NCBI GenBank assembly: GCA_035266305.1
Contig: DATFNQ010000132.1
Coordinates: 13,753 to 77,752 of the forward strand
DNA length: 64,000 nt
Reading direction: 5' to 3'
DNA from: Methylovirgula sp.
GTDB taxonomy: Bacteria; Pseudomonadota; Alphaproteobacteria; Rhizobiales; Beijerinckiaceae
Shown: in pieces, positions 8,088-19,999 of the stretch
How the letters are laid out: every line of letters begins with the position of its first letter
How positions within the stretch are numbered: the first letter of the stretch is position 1
The notes under the pieces: model-generated
The model's input: the letters and a program-made list of their open reading frames with translations, nothing else
What the model was told of the DNA's origin: nothing
The model's database searches: none
Translations under genes and position numbers: made by a program

Positions 8088-8300
8088 TCACTGCGTGCAT
8101 TTGCGGCGCACGACTGTGCGGCTGACGCCATAACCTTCATCGAGGGGCAACTCCTCGACACTGCACCCGCCAGTGGTCGCCATCTTCGGCGGCGCAGTTT
8201 TGCGCGCGGCACCACCGTGGGTCGCCGGTGCGCCGATCACGGCAATGGCGAAGATTGCCAAGCTCGTGAGAAGACCGAGGGCGAATATGAGTTTTGTCAT
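8088..8300 (-). CDS. Small exported/membrane protein with two Cys (about 70 aa)
   Basis: Hydrophobic N-terminus MTKLIFALGLLTSLAIFAIAVIG; CSVEELPLDEGYGVSRTVVRRKC; fills the intergenic gap. Confidence 0.6.
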   Translation of the reverse strand: MTKLIFALGLLTSLAIFAIAVIGAPATHGGAARKTAPPKMATTGGCSVEELPLDEGYGVSRTVVRRKCTQ

Positions 8301-8572
8301 CGCCCGCCTGAGGCCAACCATTTTTAGCTTCGTGATGCGGCAAGAGCCTATTGTAGACGAGCTAGCCTCCAAGCGCCGCATGATTCGGGATTCGTATCTA
8401 ATGCGCTCGGACAAGCCGAACTAGTGTAGGTCGGCAACACAGATGGATTTCCGCGTGCCAGCGAGATTGCCGCTCGGAACGGTTCATTTGCCGCGACTCA
8501 GATGATCCTTTAGATGAGGCGCATCATCCCCCGCTGGCCGAGGCCAGGATTGGCGGGCCAAAGGCGTATCGA

Positions 8573-10819
8573 ATGGGCAAAAACGTCGTTCCGCCGGCTC
8601 CCGGCGACAAGACCGAACCGGTCAATCTGCGTGAGGCGCTCGAGGAGCGCTATCTCGCCTATGCGCTCTCCACGATCATGGGCCGCGCGCTGCCGGATGC
8701 CCGCGACGGGCTGAAGCCGGTGCATCGGCGCATCCTCTATGGGATGCATATCCTGCGGCTCGATCCCGGCACCGCCTTCAAGAAATGCGCCAAGATCGTA
8801 GGCGACGTGATGGGTTCCTTCCATCCGCATGGCGACCAGGCGATCTATGACGCGCTGGTCCGCCTCGCCCAGGATTTTTCCTCACGCTATCCGCTGATCG
8901 ACGGGCAGGGCAATTTCGGCAATGTCGACGGCGACGGCGCCGCGGCCTATCGCTATACCGAAGCGCGGATGACGGAAGTCGCGCGGCTTCTGCTCGAGGG
9001 CATCAACGAGGACGCGGTCGATTTTCGCGACAATTATTCCGGCGACCAACGCGAGCCCGTCGTGCTGCCGGCGGCCTTTCCCAATCTCCTTGCCAATGGC
9101 GCGCAGGGAATCGCGGTCGGCATGGCGACCTCGATTCCTTCGCACAACGTCGCCGAGCTCTGCGATGGGGCGCTGCATCTGATCGCCCACAAGAAGGCCA
9201 CGACCGACGACCTGCTCGGCTTCGCGCCGGGGCCGGATTTTCCGACCGGCGGCGTCATCGTCGATTCGAAGGAAGAGATTGCCGAGACTTACCGGACCGG
9301 CCGCGGCTCGTTTCGGGTGCGGGCCCGCTGGGTGCGGGAGGAAGGCGCGCGCGGCACCTACACCGCGGTCGTCACCGAGATCCCCTACATGGTGCAGAAG
9401 TCGCGGCTCATCGAAAAGATCGCCGAGCTGCTTGCCGAGAAGAAACTGCCGCTCGTCGCAGACGTCCGCGATGAATCGGCCGAGGACGTGCGCATCGTCA
9501 TCGAACCGCGCTCGCGCGGCGTCGATTGCGCGCTGATGATGGAGCAGCTGTTCAAGACGACGGAGCTCGAGAGCCGCTTCCCGATGAACATGAACGTGCT
9601 GGTCGACGGCGTCGTGCCGCGCGTCATCTCGCTCCGAGACGCCTTGCAGCAATGGCTCGACCACCGTCGCGTCGTCCTGCAGAGGCGATCGCGGTTCCGC
9701 CTCGGCGAAATCGAGCATCGTCTCGAAATCGTCGCCGGCATGCGCATCGTCTTTTTGAACCTCGACGCGGTGATCCGCATCATCCGCGAGGAGGAAGAGC
9801 CCAAGGACGCCCTGATGGCGACCTTCAGGCTGACCGAAGTCCAGGCCAATTACGTTCTCGACACGCGCCTGCGCAGCCTGCGCCGGATCGAGGAAATGCA
9901 GCTGCGCCGCGAATTCGAGGAGCTCACGAAGGAGAAGAGCGACATCGAAAAATTGCTCGGCGACGATGCCCGGCAATGGCGGGTAGTCGCCGCCGAGATT
10001 CGCGAGCTGAAGAAGAAGTTCGGTCCCGACACTGAGCTCGGCCGCCGGCGCACGCGGTTCGAGGCGGTGCCGGACGTTACCGATCTCGAGCTTGCGAGCG
10101 CCATGATCGAGCGCGAGCCGATCACCGTCGTCGTCTCGCAGAAGGGCTGGATCCGCGCCTTGAAGGGCCACGTCGAGGATCTGACCAACGTTCAGTTCAA
10201 GGGGGACGACAGGCTCAAACAGGCCTTCTTCGCCGAGACCACCGCGAAGATCCTCGTCTTTTCGACCGACGGACGGATCTTCACGCTCGAGGGCGCGAAA
10301 CTGCCGGGCGGCCGCGGCCAGGGCGAGCCCTTGCGGCTCATGGCCGACATCGGCGAAGGCGAGGACATCGGCTGCGTCTTCCCCTATGTCGCGGGCGAGA
10401 AAATGCTCGTCGCATCGAGCGACGGCCGCGGCTTCGTCGCGCCCTGCGACGAAATGGTCGGCGGCACGCGCAAGGGCAAGATGCTGCTCAACCGCGAGCA
10501 ACCCGCCGAGGCGGCACTGATCGTTCCGGCCGCCGGCGACCATGTCGCGGTCATCGGGCAGAACCGCAAGCTGCTGATCTTCCCGCTTGAGCAAGTGCCG
10601 GAAATGGCACGCGGCAAAGGCGTGCGCCTGCAGAAATATCGCGACGGCGGCATTGCCGATGCGAAGGTCTTCCGCCGCGCCGAGGGGCTCACCTGGAAGG
10701 ACTCGGCGGGCCGCACCTTCAGCGTCGCAAGCCGCGATCTGCGCGACTGGATCGGCAACCGCGCCGACGCCGGCCGCCTTCCGCCCAAGGGCTTTCCGAA
10801 GAACAATAAGTTCGGCTGA
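8573..10819 (+). CDS. parC: DNA topoisomerase IV subunit A
   Basis: [32 protein letters not shown]; length and synteny fit ParC. Confidence 0.95.
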   Translation: MGKNVVPPAPGDKTEPVNLREALEERYLAYALSTIMGRALPDARDGLKPVHRRILYGMHILRLDPGTAFKKCAKIVGDVMGSFHPHGDQAIYDALVRLAQDFSSRYPLIDGQGNFGNVDGDGAAAYRYTEARMTEVARLLLEGINEDAVDFRDNYSGDQREPVVLPAAFPNLLANGAQGIAVGMATSIPSHNVAELCDGALHLIAHKKATTDDLLGFAPGPDFPTGGVIVDSKEEIAETYRTGRGSFRVRARWVREEGARGTYTAVVTEIPYMVQKSRLIEKIAELLAEKKLPLVADVRDESAEDVRIVIEPRSRGVDCALMMEQLFKTTELESRFPMNMNVLVDGVVPRVISLRDALQQWLDHRRVVLQRRSRFRLGEIEHRLEIVAGMRIVFLNLDAVIRIIREEEEPKDALMATFRLTEVQANYVLDTRLRSLRRIEEMQLRREFEELTKEKSDIEKLLGDDARQWRVVAAEIRELKKKFGPDTELGRRRTRFEAVPDVTDLELASAMIEREPITVVVSQKGWIRALKGHVEDLTNVQFKGDDRLKQAFFAETTAKILVFSTDGRIFTLEGAKLPGGRGQGEPLRLMADIGEGEDIGCVFPYVAGEKMLVASSDGRGFVAPCDEMVGGTRKGKMLLNREQPAEAALIVPAAGDHVAVIGQNRKLLIFPLEQVPEMARGKGVRLQKYRDGGIADAKVFRRAEGLTWKDSAGRTFSVASRDLRDWIGNRADAGRLPPKGFPKNNKFG

Positions 10820-10904
10820 GGTTTCGCCTCGAAAGCCCGGCACAAGCCGCTTCTCTTAGCCTTCATCGTTCGAGACAGGCTCGACATCGCCATGAGGTCT
10901 CTCG

Positions 10905-12392
10905 ATGCAGATCGAGCTTCCCGCCGCGTCGGAGATCGACGCAGCTCTTGCCGGTTGGCGTGCCGCCAATTCGTCGCTCAACAGGATGTTCGACCAGCAT
11001 CCGGCACCGCACGAAGCATTGCGGCGGTTCGGGCTCACGCTCTGGGCGAAGGGCCACATCGAGACGGCGATCGGCGTTCTGAAAGCCGCGATCGCGCTGG
11101 CGCCGGAGGAAACCGCGCTCTGGAACGATCTCGCCGGCGCCTTTTACGCTTCGGCGCGGCTCGAAGAGGCGCGCGCCGCGCAGCACATTTCGCTCGAAAA
11201 GGATCCGGCGCAGCCGCAGGCGTGGCTTCTGCTCGCGACGCTCGACAACGGGGCGGGTTCTCTCACCGCGGCCGAGCGCGGCTATCTCACCGCGCTCAAG
11301 CTCGACCCGCATCTCCCCGATGCGTCGTTCGGGCTTGGCGTCATTTATTTCCAGCAACGCCGTTTTGCTGACGCGGTGACGCAACTGCGCAAGTCCATCG
11401 CGGACGGCGGCCACAACATGGGGCTTTACGTCTGTCTCGGGCAGGCTTTGTTCCTGCAAGGCGATTTTTCGGGCGCGGTCTCTGCGCTCTCCGTTGCAGC
11501 GAGCTTCACGCCGAGCGACGGGAAGGTCATCGAAAAGTTCGCCAAGCTTCGGTTGATCGAGACCGCCGTTCGCGGCAGCGCCGATGAAGCGATCGCCGTC
11601 TATCGCGAGGTCGCTGGTCCCTATGCCGAAGACATCGATGCCGTCACGGCGCCGGCGTTTCATTTCTTGAGCGGCTTCGGCTATCGCGACGCCGCGATCA
11701 GGCTCGGCCGCGCGCGCCTCGCGCATAAGCCCGCCGACGCGATCCAGCGCTATCTTCTCGCCGCGCTGGAAGGTGCGCGGGTGGCACGCGCGCCCGACGA
11801 TTATCTCCTCGCCTATTTCGACGGCTTCGCTGAGACATTCGAAGCGAAGCTCGTCGGCGCTCTCGGCTATCGCGTGCCCGAGCATTTGCACGCGCTTCTC
11901 GCCGCGAGCGGCCGGCGTTTCGCCAATATGCTCGATCTCGGCTGCGGCACCGGGCTCGCCGGCCCGCTGCTGCGCGAATTCGGCGGCAGGCTCACCGGCG
12001 TCGATCTTTCGTCCAGGATGCTTGAGAAGGCCGCCGCGCGGGAGCTTTATGATCGTTTGGTGGAAAGCGAAGTCGGCCGCTTCCTGGCCCAGACGAAAGA
12101 GACGTTCGATCTCGTGCTCGCCGCCGATCTCTTCGTCTATTTCGGCGATCTGACGGGGCTCCTCGGCGAGATCGCAAGGGCCATGCAGCAGGATGGCCTC
12201 CTCGCCTTCAATGTCGAAACCACACGCGCTGATTTCGCCGTTTTGCCATCCGGCCGTTTCGCCCACGCCGTCGCCTATATCGAGGCGGTCTCGCGCAGCG
12301 ATTTTGACATCCTCGAGATTCGGGAGACGATGATCCGGCTCGAAGCGAATAAGCCGGTCGCCGGCGTCCTGGTCATCCTGCAACGGCGGTAG
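10905..12392 (+). CDS. TPR-repeat protein with C-terminal class I SAM methyltransferase
   Basis: Helical TPR-like N-terminus; LDLGCGTGL motif I; FDGFAETFE; SGRFAH. Confidence 0.85.
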   Translation: MQIELPAASEIDAALAGWRAANSSLNRMFDQHPAPHEALRRFGLTLWAKGHIETAIGVLKAAIALAPEETALWNDLAGAFYASARLEEARAAQHISLEKDPAQPQAWLLLATLDNGAGSLTAAERGYLTALKLDPHLPDASFGLGVIYFQQRRFADAVTQLRKSIADGGHNMGLYVCLGQALFLQGDFSGAVSALSVAASFTPSDGKVIEKFAKLRLIETAVRGSADEAIAVYREVAGPYAEDIDAVTAPAFHFLSGFGYRDAAIRLGRARLAHKPADAIQRYLLAALEGARVARAPDDYLLAYFDGFAETFEAKLVGALGYRVPEHLHALLAASGRRFANMLDLGCGTGLAGPLLREFGGRLTGVDLSSRMLEKAAARELYDRLVESEVGRFLAQTKETFDLVLAADLFVYFGDLTGLLGEIARAMQQDGLLAFNVETTRADFAVLPSGRFAHAVAYIEAVSRSDFDILEIRETMIRLEANKPVAGVLVILQRR

Positions 12393-12399
12393 TTCGGCC

Positions 12400-13119
12400 T
12401 CACTCAACCCGTTCCCAGCCGCTCATGCCGAGCCGTTCCTGCGGCAGGAAGCGCGCCTTATACGCCATCTTGCGCGACCCCTTCACCCAGTAGCCGAGAT
12501 AGACATGCGACAGGCCGAGCTGGCGGGCGCGTTCGATGTGATCGAGGATCATGAAGGTGCCGAGCGAGCGTTTCTCTTCCTCGGGCGCATAGAAGGAATA
12601 GACCATCGAGAGTCCGTCGGCGAGGACATCGGTGAGGCAGACGCCGAGCAGCGGTCCCATATCCAGCGCGCGGTATTCGAGGAGCCGGCTTTCGACATGG
12701 CTGTCTTCGACCATCATCGAATAGTCGAGCACCGTCATATCCGCCATGCCGCCGTCGCTGTGGCGTGCATCGAGGTAGGCGCGAAACAGCGCATATTGCT
12801 CCGCGGTCGGCTCGGTGCACACCACGCTTCCGGAAATATCGGGATTGCGGCGGAGGACCCGGCGCAGGCTTTTCGACAGCCGAAACTCGTCGACTTTGAC
12901 CCGCACCGAGACGCAGGCGCGGCAATTCTCGCAGGCCGGCCGATAGGCGATCGTCTGCGAGCGGCGGAACCCCGATTGCGTCAACGTATCGTTGAGCGCC
13001 GCGGCGCGGCGTCCGATGAGATGGGTGAAGACCTTGCGCTCCTCCCGCTTCGGCAGATAGGGGCAGGCAGAAGGTGCGGTCAGATAAAATTGCGGGGCGT
13101 CGCGCAGCTCTCGCGTCAA
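12400..13119 (-). CDS. bpt: Arginyl/leucyl-tRNA-protein transferase (ATE1-like, Bpt)
   Basis: CPYLP...ERKVF, GFRRSQ...[21 protein letters not shown]. Confidence 0.9.
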   Translation of the reverse strand: MTRELRDAPQFYLTAPSACPYLPKREERKVFTHLIGRRAAALNDTLTQSGFRRSQTIAYRPACENCRACVSVRVKVDEFRLSKSLRRVLRRNPDISGSVVCTEPTAEQYALFRAYLDARHSDGGMADMTVLDYSMMVEDSHVESRLLEYRALDMGPLLGVCLTDVLADGLSMVYSFYAPEEEKRSLGTFMILDHIERARQLGLSHVYLGYWVKGSRKMAYKARFLPQERLGMSGWERVE

Positions 13120-13229
13120 GCTCGTTTCTCATCGCTCTTGGGGGCAACCGTGCGCGCGCGCCTCGGCGCGACGCCGCTTGCCCTCGGCAGCGTGAAGTTA
13201 GCCCGCTTGCCGCCTGCCGCAAAGCAGAA

Positions 13230-13703
13230 TCATCGCGGAAAATTATACGGTCGGCGGGTAACGATGACCCCGGCCAGGATGTCATGCAGGCAGCGCTTAT
13301 CATTGGACAGAAGCGAGACCAGGAACACCGGGGGAAACATCCAGCTCACGTAAAAAAGAACCGCGTGCACCGCAGCATTGAGGAAGGAAACGCGGCTGCC
13401 GTCCATGCAGCGCATTTCGAGGTCCATGGCGCTCATCCCTGGCGTGGCCATCCGCCAGCCGGAGACGGTGAAGCCATTGTAGAAGAAGGCGACGAGCGGG
13501 AAGAGCGGCGGGACGAAAAACAGCGAAAGCCCGAGGGTCGAGATGAGCAAGCCGAGCCAGATCACGAAGGAGAGGATCGAGACGATGATGAAATCGAGCC
13601 CGAGCGCCAGAATGCGCCGCGTCCTGACGCCGGCCAATGCCGCTGGCAGCAGAGAAGTCTCACCGAAGAAGGATCCGCCGTAAAAATGCTCGGTCTGGCT
13701 CAT
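13230..13703 (-). CDS. RDD family membrane protein
   Basis: RRILA..LD, ATPGM, LHDILAG motifs. Confidence 0.88.
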   Translation of the reverse strand: MSQTEHFYGGSFFGETSLLPAALAGVRTRRILALGLDFIIVSILSFVIWLGLLISTLGLSLFFVPPLFPLVAFFYNGFTVSGWRMATPGMSAMDLEMRCMDGSRVSFLNAAVHAVLFYVSWMFPPVFLVSLLSNDKRCLHDILAGVIVTRRPYNFPR

Positions 13704-13795
13704 CGCTTTGGCTCCGCAAAAGGCTGGCGCGAAGAAATGTGGCCCCGGAGATAGGCAGAAACAAGGGGAAGGCCGCCCGATTTGGCGCCAGGCCG

Positions 13796-13866
13796 TTACG
13801 CCTGTTCCTTCAGCTTGTTCGCCACGAGCGGGGCGAAATAGGTGAGCGCCCCGTCCGCTCCGGCGC
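13796..13866 (-). pseudogene. Duplicated 3' end of hemB (AGADGALTYFAPLVANKLKEQA*)
   Basis: Colinear with 15046-15116 ([22 protein letters not shown]); shared AGCGGGGCGAAATAGGTGAGC. Confidence 0.88.
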
Positions 13867-13965
13867 CCGAGCCGCCGTCATGACGTGTTCGATGCGGCCC
13901 CGGGCGGCCCAAAATCAGCTTGCGGATCTGCTGTTAAAACAACGGCGTTTGTGGTAACAAAAGGC

Positions 13966-14238
13966 ATGGCGATCACACTCACACCCGAACAGGAAAAATG
14001 GCTTCAGGCCCATGTCGCGCGCGGGGATTTCCCCTCGATCGAGGAAGCTGCGCGCCAGCTCATTGACGAGCGCATTGCCGCGCACGAGCTGGAAAAGAGC
14101 GATGATATGGCAGATGATATGGCCTGGGCAAAGCCCTATGTGGATGAGGGGCTTGCGGCGCTCGAACGCGGCGATGTGATCACGCTTGAAGAACACAAGG
14201 CGCGTAACGCCGCTCGCCTCGCTGCCATGAAGCGCTAA
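13966..14238 (+). CDS. ParD-like (CopG/Arc/MetJ) antitoxin, orphan
   Basis: MAITLTPEQEKWLQAHVARGDFPSIEEA RHH-like N-terminus; EGLAALERGDV; internal 12-bp duplication (DDMA x2); overlapping ATG (MARV) of a lost ParE-like toxin. Confidence 0.75.
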   Translation: MAITLTPEQEKWLQAHVARGDFPSIEEAARQLIDERIAAHELEKSDDMADDMAWAKPYVDEGLAALERGDVITLEEHKARNAARLAAMKR

Positions 14239-14280
14239 TGGCGCGGGTCGCGACCAAGCGGCTCGTATCTGGCTACCAAA

Positions 14281-14496
14281 TCATTTGTTATCGAGATCAG
14301 TACGAAAGCCCTCAAGCAGTGTCTTATTGGTGATTCCGTCGAGAATTGCATCGACGACGATGGATGCTATTCGGTCCCAAGGTGGGGTGTGGGCAAACCA
14401 GTCTCGCCGCTCCTCGCGCGTGGCATTGGCGTAGAAGGGCTTTGTTCTATTTTTGCCCATCTCCTTCTTGCCCAACAGTCGGCTCAGGATAGACAT
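14281..14496 (-). CDS. Hypothetical protein (71 aa, possibly truncated)
   Basis: ATG ORF with GGAG upstream in a lower-GC insert; no recognised motif. Confidence 0.45.
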   Translation of the reverse strand: MSILSRLLGKKEMGKNRTKPFYANATREERRDWFAHTPPWDRIASIVVDAILDGITNKTLLEGFRTDLDNK

Positions 14497-14770
14497 GCGA
14501 CGCTCCGCAGCGAATAACGACCTTCATGAGTCATGGGGCGTGTTACGGCGTCGCCGAATTCGCCTCGAAAATCATAGCACCTTTTCCAGACACCACACGG
14601 CGCGCCGCGTAGTGCGAAAGCCAAGATTTATGCACAGTGCAAGAAACGCCCGCGATCTATGTTTTTGACCCCCCTCAGGGTGAAGATCGCGATTCAGTGT
14701 AAGGCGCATTATGCGCCCCTCGCTCGATGGATAGAGTCGTCGAGCCAACCGGAGCGTACCTTGCTGATCC

Positions 14771-14938
14771 TTAGCCTTTGGAAACACAGGTTCCGATTAC
14801 TTGAGGAATCCCCTTGAGCTGGCTCTGTACAGCACTAGCTCCTTTAAGAGCTGCCTCACATGCTGTCTTGTTCCCGAAGTCATGCATTGCAACGGATGGG
14901 TTGCCTCCGCTGAAATAAAACAAAATTAGCACCTACAT
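14771..14938 (-). pseudogene. Inactivated small phage-type protein (M*VLILFYFSGGNPSVAMHDFGNKTACEAAL...QVIGTCVSKG)
   Basis: Strong SD AAGGAGG, ATG then TAG (likely TGG>TAG), plus a later frameshift; AT-rich. Confidence 0.55.
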
Positions 14939-15006
14939 TATCGCCTCCTTGTCCGTTTGCGTATCGTAATCAAACGTCGGCTCTTTGTTCGACGCACGGG
15001 TTAGCG

Positions 15007-15034
15007 CTCCTTCTCCCGCAAACGGGAGAAGGAG
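15007..15034. repeat. Perfect hairpin CTCCTTCTCCCG-CAAA-CGGGAGAAGGAG; minimal repeat unit and likely hemB terminator
   Basis: 12-bp inverted repeat just after the hemB stop; same motif family as 2033-2209. Confidence 0.75.
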
Positions 15035-15045
15035 TGTGCCAAGCT

Positions 15046-16266
<1,221 letters not shown>

Positions 16267-17022
16267 CTACATCCGGCTGTTCATCAGCTGAAAGCTCTTG
16301 TCCAGATCGGCTCGTGAGGCATGGATGAATCCCGCGGTCATTCCGAAACCAATCTCGAAGACATCGTTCTCCAGGCCCTTCATTACCGCCGACACAAACT
16401 CCTTCGGGCTCAGATCGGCCTTGAAGTCCCCCCGCTTGGCTCGCCCACTCGGGTTGAGTTCGGTATCGACCGCGGGAGGAACGACTTCAAAAACCTTGAT
16501 TCCGACCTTCGACAACTGCTGCCGAACCGCCATGGAGTAGGCGTGCAAGCCGGCTTTGCTGGCGCTGTAAACGGGCATTCGCGCCGCGGGCACGAAGCCC
16601 AGTCCCGAAGAGACGTTGACGATTGCGGCGCCTTTGTTCTTGGCCAACAAGGGGACGAACAGTCCGGAGAGAATAACCGCGGATTCCAGGTTGACCCGAA
16701 TCTCGTTCTCGCCCGCCAGAAAGTCATCGATCCCTTTGGTGAAGTCGACATCCCGTTGGACGCCCGCATTGTTGACGAGAACGTTCAGACCCGGAAAGTT
16801 AGCCGCAGTCCAATCCGCCAGCCCGTTGCGATCCTCTTCCTCGGACACGTCGCAGACCCGGGTGTGAAGCTCGGGATGTTTCGCACGGGCTTCAAGGAGT
16901 CGCTCTGCCCTGCGACCGCAGATGACGACCGTGCTTCCAGCCTCCAGAAAGGCCGCGGCCATCGCGTAGCCTATTCCTGTGGCGCCGCCCGTAATCAGCA
17001 CCGTATTGCCCGAGAGCTGCAT
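16267..17022 (-). CDS. Short-chain dehydrogenase/reductase (DltE-like)
   Basis: TGGATGIG, NNAG, YSASK catalytic motif. Confidence 0.9.
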   Translation of the reverse strand: MQLSGNTVLITGGATGIGYAMAAAFLEAGSTVVICGRRAERLLEARAKHPELHTRVCDVSEEEDRNGLADWTAANFPGLNVLVNNAGVQRDVDFTKGIDDFLAGENEIRVNLESAVILSGLFVPLLAKNKGAAIVNVSSGLGFVPAARMPVYSASKAGLHAYSMAVRQQLSKVGIKVFEVVPPAVDTELNPSGRAKRGDFKADLSPKEFVSAVMKGLENDVFEIGFGMTAGFIHASRADLDKSFQLMNSRM

Positions 17023-17037
17023 TTTTGGGCTCCTCCG

Positions 17038-17694
17038 TTATTCCGTCTCGGGATATCCGATCGACTGGGCGAACAGCACCCGCTGTTCTGCCCGCAATCC
17101 AAGTCGCTGCGCGAGGCCGGCCTTGTCGCAGTTGTGGAACCATGCCGCCAATCCCTGCGCCGCCGCGAACAAATACACGTTGCCCGCAATGAGGCCGGTA
17201 TCAACGTAGTAGTACGACTTCTGAACTTCAGGATCGTGCAACCCAGGCTCCTGAAAGCCCGCCGTGTGGGTGAGCCGGTGAACGTCGGCGACGTAGATCA
17301 GTTGAACAGGAGCTTTCGCGTCGACGTCTCGCTGAGCAGGAGTCAGGGCGGCGACGCGCAGATCGCCCGCGATGATGGGCGCCAACAGGTTGTTGAGTGC
17401 GTCGTACAAATAGACGCCCTCCTTGACGGCGACATAGAGGTCGATCTCCTGCGAGTTGCTGGCCGAAGCGGCGGTCCTTCCGGGGACTCCAAACGGGCCT
17501 GTCTTGCGATTCACTCCGCATGCGGCCCACACGAGATTCGAAAGTAGCTGCATGGGCAGTGGCGTTGCGCTGATCTCCCGCGTGGTCTTTCGCTGTTCGA
17601 GCGCGGCGAAGACCGAGGTGCCTCGGTCGTTCGCCGGCAAGGGGAGTTGAATGGCTGGCAAGGCCTGGGTTTCACGAGTCGAGGCAATCATCAT
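17038..17694 (-). CDS. Nitroreductase family protein
   Basis: ALEQRKTTRE, RTAASASNSQE, GLIAGNVYLFAAAQGL. Confidence 0.85.
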   Translation of the reverse strand: MMIASTRETQALPAIQLPLPANDRGTSVFAALEQRKTTREISATPLPMQLLSNLVWAACGVNRKTGPFGVPGRTAASASNSQEIDLYVAVKEGVYLYDALNNLLAPIIAGDLRVAALTPAQRDVDAKAPVQLIYVADVHRLTHTAGFQEPGLHDPEVQKSYYYVDTGLIAGNVYLFAAAQGLAAWFHNCDKAGLAQRLGLRAEQRVLFAQSIGYPETE

Positions 17695-18176
17695 GCGCTC
17701 CTTCTCGGGCCGGCGTGCCCCCCTTCAACGAGCGCAAAAGTCTCAATCTCGCCGAGGTCGTGGTCTTGCTGGGCGTGGTGGATCGGGTTCTCTCGTTTTC
17801 CGTGCAATACCATAAGGTAGCGGGAGGCCATATTTCCCTGGGCATCCTGAGGGGCGCCCGTGCAAATGGTTGATTGTCAGATGTGTCATGCATTCCCATC
17901 GGCCAAAACGGGAAGGTTTGCACTTATAGTCTCCACCATTTGACGGGCGCCTGCAATCCGAGAATGGCCGGTTTGGGGCAAGCATTTTAGCCCTTCGCAT
18001 GACCGCTCCTGGCGCCTTGCGGTCATCGACAGGCGATCGTTCACCTTTGCTGAAATTGAAACTGAGACAACTCTGCCTTCGCATAATCGAGCCATGACCG
18101 GTCTTGCCGCGGTCATGTTCTGGCCGCCACATTGACGCAGCACGCCCGGCGCGGTTAATCCAACTTGGGAGGCAGG

Positions 18177-19232
18177 ATGAGCGAAGCTGAGATCGCCTGG
18201 GAGAAGATCGGCTGCTGCGGCGTCATCACGCTGAACCGCCCCCGCGCGCTCAATGCGCTGAGCTTCGACATGATCGGCGCGATGGCGCGCGCCCTCGACG
18301 CCTTCGCGCGCGAGCCCGAGATCCGCAGCGTCGTCGTGAGAAGCACCAGCGCAGCGGCCTTTTGCGCCGGCGCCGACATCAAGCGCGTCGCCGAGCTCGG
18401 CAAGGCGGCCCAGCATGCCGAACAGCTCGCCTTCCTCAGCGCGGAATATCGAAACTGCCGCCGGATCAAATTCTATCCGAAGCCCTATGTTGCGTTGATC
18501 GACGGGATCATCATGGGCGGCGGCGTCGGGATCGCGGTCAATGGCGCGCATCGGGTTGTTGGCGAGCGCGTGAGTTTTGCCATGCCGGAAGTCGGCATCG
18601 GGTTCTTCCCGGATATTGGGGCGAGCTATTTTCTGCCGCGCCTGCCGGCGGGGATCGGCGTCTATCTCGCCTTGACCGGCGCGCGTGCCGCGCTCGGCGA
18701 CGCTGTCGCACTTGGCCTTGCCACCGCGCATGTGCCGTCATCGCGCTTCGACGCGCTCTTCGAGCGGCTCGTTGCCGGCGAGGCCGCGGAGCGCGCGATC
18801 GCGGCAGAAGCGGTTGCGCCGCCCGCCTCCGCGTTGCTTCAACACAGCGACTTCATTGCGCAAAGCTTCGCGGCGCCGAGCCTCGCGCCTATTTTTGCTG
18901 AGATTGAGGCCGCCGGCTCGCCCTTCGCGGAGGCGACACTGAAGGTACTGCGCGCGCGATCGCCGACGAGCATGGCCATCGCGCTGAAGCAGATGCAGCT
19001 CGGTGCCAAGCTCGACTTCGACGCAGCCTTGCGCATGGAGTTTCGCATCGCGTCCAGGATCGTGCATGGACACGACTTCTATGAGGGCGTCCGCGCGACT
19101 CTGATCGACAAGGATCATGCGCCACGCTGGCAACCGGCATCGATCGCCGCGATCGCCGAGTCCGATATCGACCCCTATTTCGCACCGCTCACGGACGAGC
19201 TCGAATTTTCCGCGCCGGCCGGTGCCGCATGA
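18177..19232 (+). CDS. 3-hydroxyisobutyryl-CoA hydrolase / enoyl-CoA hydratase family
   Basis: LNRPRALNAL, FCAGADI, MGGGVG, AMPEVGIG, DFYEGVRA. Confidence 0.92.
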   Translation: MSEAEIAWEKIGCCGVITLNRPRALNALSFDMIGAMARALDAFAREPEIRSVVVRSTSAAAFCAGADIKRVAELGKAAQHAEQLAFLSAEYRNCRRIKFYPKPYVALIDGIIMGGGVGIAVNGAHRVVGERVSFAMPEVGIGFFPDIGASYFLPRLPAGIGVYLALTGARAALGDAVALGLATAHVPSSRFDALFERLVAGEAAERAIAAEAVAPPASALLQHSDFIAQSFAAPSLAPIFAEIEAAGSPFAEATLKVLRARSPTSMAIALKQMQLGAKLDFDAALRMEFRIASRIVHGHDFYEGVRATLIDKDHAPRWQPASIAAIAESDIDPYFAPLTDELEFSAPAGAA

Positions 19233-19681
19233 AAATATTTCGATCTCAGGAGCGCAGGGAAGAGCGGCCGCCGCCGGGCTCCGCCATTCGGCTCGAAAAA
19301 CCGGGGAGCAAAGCGGCGCAGACTCCTTGGGGAACGATCCTTGTCGTTTTCATGCGGCTGCTGGCATGCCTATGGATCTGCCAGGGCCTCGCCGAATGGG
19401 CTCTCGTTCTATTGCCCGGCCAACCCGTGTTCGACACATTGCCCGGTGCCACATCGGCGGCGGTGATCTTTTTCGCGATCGCCGATCTTCTCGCCGCGGT
19501 CGGCCTTTGGCTCGCAACGCCCTGGGGCGGCGCGCTGTGGCTCTTCGCCGCGAGCGCGCAGATTTTCGTCGCCGTCGCGATCAAGAGCTCGATCTCCGTG
19601 GTTTGGATCGTGGTCGATCTTATCCTGATTGCCGTCTATTTTGTCCTGACGTTCAAAGCCGGCGAAGCGCGCGAGCCGTGA
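19229..19681 (+). CDS. Four-TM membrane protein (DUF6163-like)
   Basis: AAVGLWLATPWGGALW; usual position upstream of ldtR in rhizobia. Confidence 0.7.
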   Translation: MKIFRSQERREERPPPGSAIRLEKPGSKAAQTPWGTILVVFMRLLACLWICQGLAEWALVLLPGQPVFDTLPGATSAAVIFFAIADLLAAVGLWLATPWGGALWLFAASAQIFVAVAIKSSISVVWIVVDLILIAVYFVLTFKAGEAREP

Positions 19682-19999
19682 CGGATCGAAAGCTGGACGC
19701 AATCCGCTCGCGCACCAATTACCCCGGCTGAATGCTGCTATTGGCTGTGGCTGCGCATGCGGCAAGAGTGCTGTTAAACATCTCGGCGCCTATCGTGAAC
19801 ACAATCGTAAGTTTAACAAACTCAATTCTTAAGCATCGTTATCGTAAAGATCGAATTGATTTCAACAATGATTCACTGCAATAACTAAACCTCTGATTCA
19901 GTTTGTTACTTAAACTCGTTTTCATTGGCGCTCATTATAGATCATCCCTCAATGAGCCGCGGCGAAGGGGAGGCTCGTTTGAAAATGAAGGGATGGGTC

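Noticed and set aside
8882-10843. Long antisense ORFs (653 aa here; also 10863-12407, 45163-46887, 49093-51123, 60207-62645)
   Set aside because: Shadow frames of well-supported genes, expected from high-GC codon bias; no motifs.
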